NCBI GenBank assembly: GCA_040357565.1
Contig: JBDODJ010000050.1
Direction: 5' to 3' (one strand)
DNA: 64,000 nt
Source of the DNA: Cercozoa sp. M6MM
Taxonomy: Eukaryota > Protista > Endomyxa: Ascetosporea
Positions 53,479 through 64,000 of this stretch are shown piece by piece. The translations under genes were made by a program, and so were the position numbers. Each line of letters starts with the position of its first letter. The first letter of the stretch is position 1. The notes under the pieces are model-generated. The model was not told the origin of the DNA, ran no database searches, and worked only from the letters and a program-made list of their open reading frames with translations.

Positions 53479-54227
53479 ATGCTGTTGCAGAACAATAGAA
53501 TTCTCGAAGCAGTTCGAAGGAAGTTTCACGAGGTGCATGAAAGCAACGGCAACAGTGTGATGTGGTTCGATCTACTCAGCGACGTTGAACGACGTGCTTT
53601 CGAGATCGAACACTTCCTGCGCATTGTACGGAACGAGGAAAACTTGGTGCGAGAACGCGAAAAAGACGCCAAGAAAACGATAGTGTTCATTGAAGGCGAG
53701 CGGGTGCCATACAACTGGTTTCCCAAGCTGCCGCCGCGTGTCTTGCTCAAGAAGAACGAGCGCAAGATTGCGTTTGAAACGCCAGCCCGCACATGCCGCG
53801 AATACATCGACCCCGAGAAACCACTTGGTAAATTCAGTCAGTGCTTCAGTTTCTCTCATTCATCAAGTTTTTTGCTGTAGTATTGCGTTATTGTTTGGAA
53901 CAGAGCCGCTGCTGGAGGATGTTTTGAACCGAAGAGCAGTCGATACCGAGTATTTCCGTCTGGTGCTCGAGGAGCTCACTTTAAAGTTGGAACAAGGCGA
54001 TCAACTGACTGCATTGTACTTGGATGCCGACAGCATTCATGGCCTCGGCAATATTTTTACGATGGGCGTTTTTGATCGTCTCGAAGGTTTGCTCAACACC
54101 GAGACTCCCTCGTTCTTCCGGATTTAAAAGTTAATTGTATTTAGGTCCCAAGAAAGCATTGGAAGACATCACAGCTATCGCGGAGAAATTTGCTCAACTC
54201 GAAGCGACCTTTCTGCTTGTAAAGTGA
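53479..54227 (+). CDS. Uncharacterised protein, 3' exons (5' part probably extends towards ~52400)
   Basis: Protein-like exons joined by GT-AG introns; TGA at 54225-54227. Confidence 0.4.
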
Positions 54228-54236
54228 CGCACAACT

Positions 54237-54955
54237 TCAGTTCAGCAGGGTTTCATTCAAAATGACTGTGAACATCAACAGACCAAGTTCGGCTTTGAAG
54301 ACGGCTTCAAGCTCTTGTTTCATCGCGCACTGTCCGAGATCGTAGCTTTCTCTCAGTTCAATTGACATTGTTGCTTTCAAACCATCGGTGCTTTTGAGAT
54401 GAGTAGGACGATATCGTGCGTCGCGCAGAGTCGGAGTCACACTACGTACCGCCCACGCACGCTGCCTTCGTGATGTACAGCACCTTGTTTTGAACTGTAT
54501 TGCTAAAGCGAGTCGATGTTCGGTCAGAGAGAAGCACAAGTACCTCCGCAGACAACTGCAGAAAGCACCGGCCGAAGCAGAGCTTTTCGTTGTAAGTGAA
54601 TGCGTTTTCCTCTCATCTGGTCGAGTGAAGCAACTGAAGTACTCTGGTGGGTGTACTGTAGCCGGGCACTTTGCCATTCAGCGAAGCGGTGGAATCAGTG
54701 CGTCACACCGGCAGCCGGCATGCCTCGCAAGGCGCTGAGTGGGACGTGCACGATTCGACGCTGCTGCTGCGAGATGCTATCGTCTACCGCACTGTCGGTA
54801 GCAACTTGATTTAAACGACTCACATTATAGTACTGCCGTTGTTTCGAATACGAGTACTGTATCAATTTAGACGAGTCCAACGCGCTGGCTAGAGGTGCAG
54901 CGATGGCGCGCTCTGCGGCAGTGCTGTTTGACAATGCCAAACTCAAGTACTGCAC
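54237..54955 (-). CDS. Uncharacterised protein
   Basis: Adjacent open frames with plausible splice sites; no family recognised. Confidence 0.3.
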
Positions 54956-55025
54956 TCTGTTTCAGTTCAGTCAGTTGCGTGGATTTAGTTGAAACTTATT
55001 CACCCCAGAACCGACTATTTTGAAG

Positions 55026-55792
55026 ATGGCAGATGCCTTTATTACGGCGTCGCGTATCGCGATCGTTTCGACAGTGTTCTGGTCAGTTTCGACAGTGTTG
55101 AGTCTCACGTTCTCCACGCTGACTCAATAAATCGATTTGGTAGGTTTTACTGTATTTAGAGTGGTCCAAAGCGAGTCGATTGTTGGCAACCTTCGCCGGA
55201 ACAGCTGGAGCTAATGCCTGACGAGGTTGCTGTCATGATGGTTCGAAACCTCAACGAGTCGCTTCGAGTAAGCCGATCGATGCTCCACTGGTCACATGAC
55301 CCCGCCATTCCAGAGATATCTTGTGCTGGCAGAGACATGTCTTCAAAGATGTCGTTGGCAGCGAAATCAGCAGAAATGCGCTGATACAGATTGAAGAGGT
55401 ACAGCAATTCAACTGGCAGAATCCACTCACAACTGAACTTGACTGATTCATGACTGAAGAAACTCAAACCTATCACGGATCCGAACTGCTCGAGGGACGA
55501 CACTCTCGGGTCCCGAGCTGTGTTAAAAGCGAATCTACGGGTTCTTTTGTAAGCACAGAACCACAGAGAAAACCCGATAGCGAATACTTCAGTGACGCCA
55601 AAAATAATGGCTTCTATTCTCAAGCAGAGTGAAACTGAGGGCGAAGAGGCGCTCAGGGAGGCCGCGAAATATGTCAATCTCGACGAGTTGCGCACCTTGT
55701 GGCCGCTCAAGATTTCGTTGTGGCCTCGCCCGCCCTCGGACCGTCGGCCTCTCATCGACTTGGTGGTGTACTCACTGCACATTGTAGAGTGA
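55026..55792 (+). CDS. Uncharacterised small protein
   Basis: ATG after a TCAGTT cluster; last exon ...LREAAKYVNLDELRTLWPLKISLW...*. Confidence 0.3.
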
Positions 55793-56012
55793 GACAAACC
55801 AGCTACAGTGCTGTAGCGTAGCGCTTACTGTAGGGTAGTTTCTTCGCTCATACATTGGCAAAATTACCGTCCTGTAAACCAATGACGCGAATTTCAGATA
55901 CTACGCGTACGCGAAATAAATTGTCCACTGACCAGTCGAGTGACAGTGACACGACACGACAGTGTGAAGTCATTAACCCAATCAGATTAAACCAAACGCG
56001 AAGGGAATTGAA

Positions 56013-58571
<2,559 letters not shown>

Positions 58572-58732
58572 CAACTTTCGGTTAGACAGCAAACTAAAAA
58601 GTGCACTACTCATCTATCTGACCGAGAATTGGAGCGCCGGCTCAATGCACTGCACCGGCTCCGTGATTCCAAGACGCGCTGCTGTGATAGCGTGTGTTAG
58701 CGCACTGCGTGTCACTTTGGCTGATCGGAAGT

Positions 58733-61700
58733 ATGGCGCTGGACGCACCCGAGGGCCTGGAGAGGTTCTTCACGGTACCGCTCGTGCGAGATTGAATTAC
58801 CATATTGTTTTGTGCATTTTACCTGTGTACTAAGGTCAATCCGGAGGATGACGAGGAGATTGACTCGGATGCCTTTGACTCTGGCAGCGATGACCACGAG
58901 GACGTGGGTACGTTGTTTTAAGCTGCGTGTGTTCAAAGTTCTTACTCTTTTTTGGCAGATGATGAGAAGCATGGCCAGTTGTTGTCGGATCTGATGCGCG
59001 ACAGTGGTCCTTCCGAGCTTGACCTGCGAAAGCAAGTAAACACGATTTGTTTTGTACTCAGCAGTCTTTGAGTTCTGTAGGCCCAGCGAATGGAACGCAC
59101 CGAAGTACGCGCGGAAGGTAAATTGTGACTGTGAAGTGTTTCTGTTTCTTCCTAAGAGTGCGACATGTAGGTGAGTCAGCACTCGCGGGTGCTTCGCTGT
59201 CACTGTCGTCGCTTCTGGCGCCGCTTGGACAGGATGCCAAGATGACCAAGGTATCTCGTTTTTTCTTTTGCGCGATCATTCTTGAGTTATTTTGACTTTT
59301 TGCAGAAAATCCAAGAGTTCACTCGCGGAAAGCAGGCGACTGTGGCTCCTTTGCGTATTCTTACGCGTATTAACTTAATAAAAGTGAGTCTGACAGTTTT
59401 TATTATAGCCAAGACGCAGCAGCAGCGAATTACGCGGCAGGGTGAGTCTCTCAAAAGACTACTTTTACCCTCTCAGTTTTGACTCTTTAATCCGGGTAGA
59501 GGCCTATGACGGCACGAGCAAGGAAGTGTCCAAGTGGCAGGACATTGTCCAAGTGAACCGACAGAAACGCACGCTTAAATTGGATGAAGGTAGTCTGTGC
59601 TTCTCTATGTTTAACGACACTTCATTTCAGTTGTTTCGCAGGTGCCGGAAAGAAGCAGACCGTGTCGCTCGCCTCGCTCAGCAGCCACTACAGACCCGAC
59701 GATGCCTCCACTTTGGTACGTACTGCCTTTGCAACTAATCCAAACTGAGTTCTAAACCAAGGGACAAAAACTGCAGGAAAGCGACATGGACGCGCTGCTG
59801 CAACAACTCAGCGCACGCGATGAATCGGAAACTCGCAAAGGCGAGCAGCTGTAGCGAACTCTATGCGTCTGTTGTGTATTCAACACAGTGTGTCTGCTGA
59901 CTGTAGCGCACTCCGCGAGATGTCTAAGGAAGAACAGAAACGACGCATGGCTCAGCTCGCTTCGATGCGTGCTGGTATGTTTGGACATAATATACTGATT
60001 CAACAAAGTGCCAGTTCGACCGACCGTTGTGTTTTAGGTCTGTTCCACGCCGAGATCAAGGCGAAGCGTATCAAGAAGATCAAGTCCCGCAAGTTCCGCA
60101 AGCTGCGCAAACAGCGCCTGGCCAAGGTACAAATCCCCTCTGCTCTCCCGTTGGGCAGGCTTATTTAAGTGTACGGCAGCTGAACCCGGATATGTCGGTC
60201 GAGGAACTGCGCGAACTCGATCCGGAAGCTGCACAGGACAAGTGAGTTGTTTTTTTGTTTTCGGTTTTTTGGACTTGTGTGATCGATCGATATGCAGGGA
60301 GGAGGAAATGAAGCGTGCCCGAGCGCATGCTCGCATGACTCTACGACACCAGGGCACGACACAGTGGTCGCAGCGTCTGAAGCAGCGTGCTGAGGTGCTT
60401 TTGATTCAGCTGCTGTTTTCTGTATTTTTCGCACAACTGATTACTTTTACGGTTGCGTGCAGAACGTGTCAGACGAGCAGAAGGAAGCTCAGCGCGAACA
60501 GGTGAGTTTTATCTCGTGTTTAACTGTTGGAGTTTGCATTTTTTGTTGTGTTTTAGTCCCGACTGCACAAGCTGCTGATGCGCAAGGTGCAAGACGGTAC
60601 AATTGCCCTCTGTTCGTCGCTTCTTTTGATTGATAGTGTTCTTTTGTACCTCAGACTCGGATGAGTCGGATTCAGACGTTGATGAAGGTTTTTCGAGAAC
60701 TTTCATTGAGTTCTATCCGCCCTTGAATTCTGTTGAAATGCAGAGGAACTCGCTGAACTGCAAAAGCAGCTACAAGAAGGCGAAGGTATCCTTGATAAAG
60801 CTTATCTCACATGTGTAGGATTGTTTACTGTTCAGAGGACAAAGTCAAAAAGGGCGGCATTTATGCACTCAAATTCATGCGCGACTACCGTGCCAAGCAG
60901 CGCGAACAACAACAGCAGGTTCTTTCTTTATGTTGCTTTTTCGTGTTTGAACTCTGTTCGAATGGGCGAAAATCGCAGCTCATGGCGGATTTCGCCGCCG
61001 ATGCTCAGCGCGAACTTTCAAAACTCGGCGACGGCAATGCGGAAGCCAAGTCAAATGAGGTTCAAGTGAGCACTCAAGGTACTAAAATGGTTTATTGACT
61101 AAAATATCAAAGGTTGAATGAAGCGTTTCTTGTAGCCACTGCAGCTGAAGAGGAGAAACGTGGCCGACGCGTGTTTGGCAAGTCTGGCCAGGTACACGCT
61201 GCGATAATGGGTTTGTTTGCATTACGGCATGCTCAAACAAACGTTAGGCGCCGGCGTTCCTGGATTCCGAACCGAAGCAGGCGAAGCAAGCGAAAAAGCC
61301 AAAGCAGAAAGAAGCGAAAAAAGGCGTTGTTGTCGATGCGCCAAAGAGTACGGCAGATTTGGAACGGTTGGTTTCTCGCCTCGTTTTCTGGTTAACAGGA
61401 GCTGTTTGTCGAAATGTGCGTTTTGGCAGTGCAAAGAACGTGCGACAAGCGGAAGTGCCGCAGATGCTCGATGTTGCTGCCGTGATTGACACCTCTGGTG
61501 GCAGCACTGACAGCAGCGGACTTAAGAAGTCCAAACCGAATCAAACCGACGGTTCTTTGGACGAGAACAGCGATGCCAACTCGCGTGCACTTGTACGACA
61601 GGTGTTTGGCACGTCCGAGGAAGAGGTAGCTTTCTTTTTCCATTACCTTAAACTATTTGCTAAAGGATCTGTTTGATGAATGAAAGGAGGAGTTCCGACG

Positions 61701-62669
61701 CTCCAAGGAGGCTCTCGTCGAGGAGGAACTGCCGCAGCACGATTCGTCGCTGTATCTGCCGGGCTGGGGCCGCTGGGCTGGTTCTTTCTTCCTTAACCTC
61801 CCTATTATTTCCATTTTCCTTTACCCGTTACCCCCTTTACCTCATTCTCCTGCAGGTGAAGGCGTGCGCAAGCCAAAGAACAAGCCGCGTTTCGTCGTGG
61901 AAGCCGAAGAAGCGACCGAACAGCGGCGAAAGCAGGCGCTTGCGAAGCGTGCTGATGCCAAGTACTTTTAGTCTTCCCTTGTTTCTTTACTTTATTCCTT
62001 TCTCTAACTCTTACCTTTCTTTACCTTTCTTTATTCCTTTACCTTCTATTCTCCCTGCCTCAATAGACTGAAGCACGTCATCGTAAGTGAGAAGGCTCGC
62101 AAGCACGAGGCCAAATACAAGGTTTCTCCTGCTCTGTACCATGGCTTACCTTTTACCCCCGACCGAGTAGGTTATGTCAGTGCCGCACGGACACGGCTCG
62201 GTGCAGCAGTACGAAAGCTCGCTGCGACAGCCGATTGGTGCTGAGGTATTTCATTCCTTTTCCCCCCCCCCCAATTTGCCCTCTCCCAGTGGAACACAAG
62301 GCGAGCTGTCGAGCGTCGTACGGCGCCCGAAGTCATTACGAAGGAAGGTGTCGCCATTGAGCCCATCCAGGTACCCTTTTACCCCTCTTTTTAACCATGC
62401 TTGATCCCCTACTTGACTCCCTCTTTGACCCTCCCCCCTATTTAACTCGGCGTGCTGCAGTGGGGTGAGGCCAAACAGGATGCGGCAGTGCAAAAGCACG
62501 AGCACGAGAAGAACGAGAAGAAGAAACGCGCGCGTGCCAAGCGGCAGCAGCAGGTTGCTTCCAACTCTGTGCGAAGTTTTGATTTACTTCCTTTTACCTC
62601 TTTCGACCTTTGCAGGGCGCCGACCCACCACGCAAGCGACGTCGCAACAAAAAGAACGCGTCTGCCTAG
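58733..62669 (+). CDS. UTP14: U3 snoRNA-associated protein 14 (SSU processome), highly intron-rich
   Basis: EVSKWQDIVQVNR, EIKAKRIKKIKSRKFRKL, ARMTLRHQ...WS, LPGWGRWAGEG, QYESSLRQPIGAEWNT. Confidence 0.92.
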
Positions 62670-62880
62670 ACTCGTTTTTCTCATTTCTGACATTCTACCG
62701 TCTTCGATAACCCGAATCTGGGCTCGCTAGTCGGGGCTAGTCTGCTTCGCGTAGGACTGTTTTGATGCGGCCGAATCGGTAATGGAAAGGAGAGACTAAA
62801 TAAGTCGCTTGGCTGTGCCGCAGACTTAATCGTCCGACGCGATGCAGCCACGATCGGATCAGTGATACTAAAATGGCCCA

Positions 62881-64000
62881 CTACGCTATTCGAATTACAT
62901 ACTCAATCGTGTCGATTAATTTATCGACAACCGCCGCGCTGCGGTCCCCGCCCACGAGCATGCACATGGTGAAGGAATCTACTTTGGTACAACTAGTCGC
63001 CGCCGCTGCTGAAAACAGTGGCCAGACCAAGAATCGTGACCAGGATGCCAAAGACCGACAAGAAGAGCGGGACCTGCATGATCCCATCAGCACATGATCA
63101 GCGCAAGGAATTTCCAAGTTGTAAAGGATAATCACGCACCCAGTGTTTCCTCCAGCTGCTTCTTGTGAATCCATCGAGCTTTAGTTGCACAAGACCTGGC
63201 AACTGCAAACGCACACAAGTACATGCAGCCTGGGAAAGAAAGAAAGGAAGGTAGCCAACCGTGTATCCCAACGAGGCCGCTGCGACAGTTCCGGTCAACT
63301 CGAGAACGATGCCTGCACAAAAAAAAACACACCGACCACTCACCAACAGAGACACGTTGCAATTGGCCTACCCAAGTCAGAGTTGCCGACTGCGATAAGA
63401 GTCGAAGATCCCCACATCAGCAAAGTGATGCCAACAAAATGACGCGTCGGCATTCGCTCCGGCAGCATGCGGTTGAAGGCGCGAAAAGCCAGTTCGTACG
63501 TTGCGTGTCGTGCCACGTAGTGCTCCATGGCGTAGGTACTAACCATTGTTCCCTGAGAGAGTAGCACAATGTCTCTCTGCCAATTTATCTCTATAAATTT
63601 AGAGGCAAGAACACATACCGCAAGCAATGCTCGAGCAACATTGATTGCCGTGTCGTTTTCAGAGAAGTTGTTCAGCACATCGCTTTTCGTGTGAGAGAAG
63701 AATGCCAGGTACCTGACAACAAACACACCTGTGCTACCAAACTTTACCTGAGAATGCAAGCAACAAGTGTACCCGCCCAAAGCCAGTATCGCTGAAGCAA
63801 TCATCGCAATTAACAAAGACGAACGTGTCACCAGTTTCCATCGACGCGGGGTCGGATTGCGTAGCGCTGCGTAATTGTCACACGTTTTACAGTTTAGAAC
63901 GAAAAACAACTCAGTAAACTCTCGAATAGATAAATGTACAGTTGCGCACTATAAAGGCCGAATGATGACAAACGAAAGCGAAGGAAAACGCGCCTAATCC
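62881..64000 (-). CDS. Amino-acid transporter, AAAP/SLC38 family (partial; exact stop uncertain)
   Basis: YAALRNPTPRRW, GYLAFFSHTKSDVLNNF, INVARALL, TYAMEHYVAR, DLGIVLELTG. Confidence 0.82.

Overview
Gene-dense, intron-rich nuclear DNA from a unicellular eukaryote. It uses the standard genetic code, has mostly ~45-90 nt GT-AG introns with very weak donor consensus, and contains two 100-N scaffold gaps. ZMYND10 suggests a flagellated stage. Recognisable genes, hand-spliced from the sequence: a bacterial-type CphA/GshAB/RimK-like ATP-grasp ligase head-to-head with a synapsin-like ATP-grasp protein, NCKX (SLC24), Vps39/Vps3, Ran, two inverted copies of RPL41 each hosting an SNORD38/snR61-like C/D snoRNA in a 3'-UTR intron, mitochondrial uL3, GCDH, RPS9, POLD3, a dual-specificity phosphatase, an intron-containing AzoR, ZMYND10, a flavin amine oxidase, UTP14 and an SLC38/AAAP transporter, plus several orphans. 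The most notable items are the divergent ATP-grasp pair, the RPL41/snoRNA quasi-palindrome, the duplicated 3' splice site in RPS9, the minimal splice signals and the gene-specific intronic satellites. All gene models and family calls come from manual reading and remembered motifs; no searches were run.
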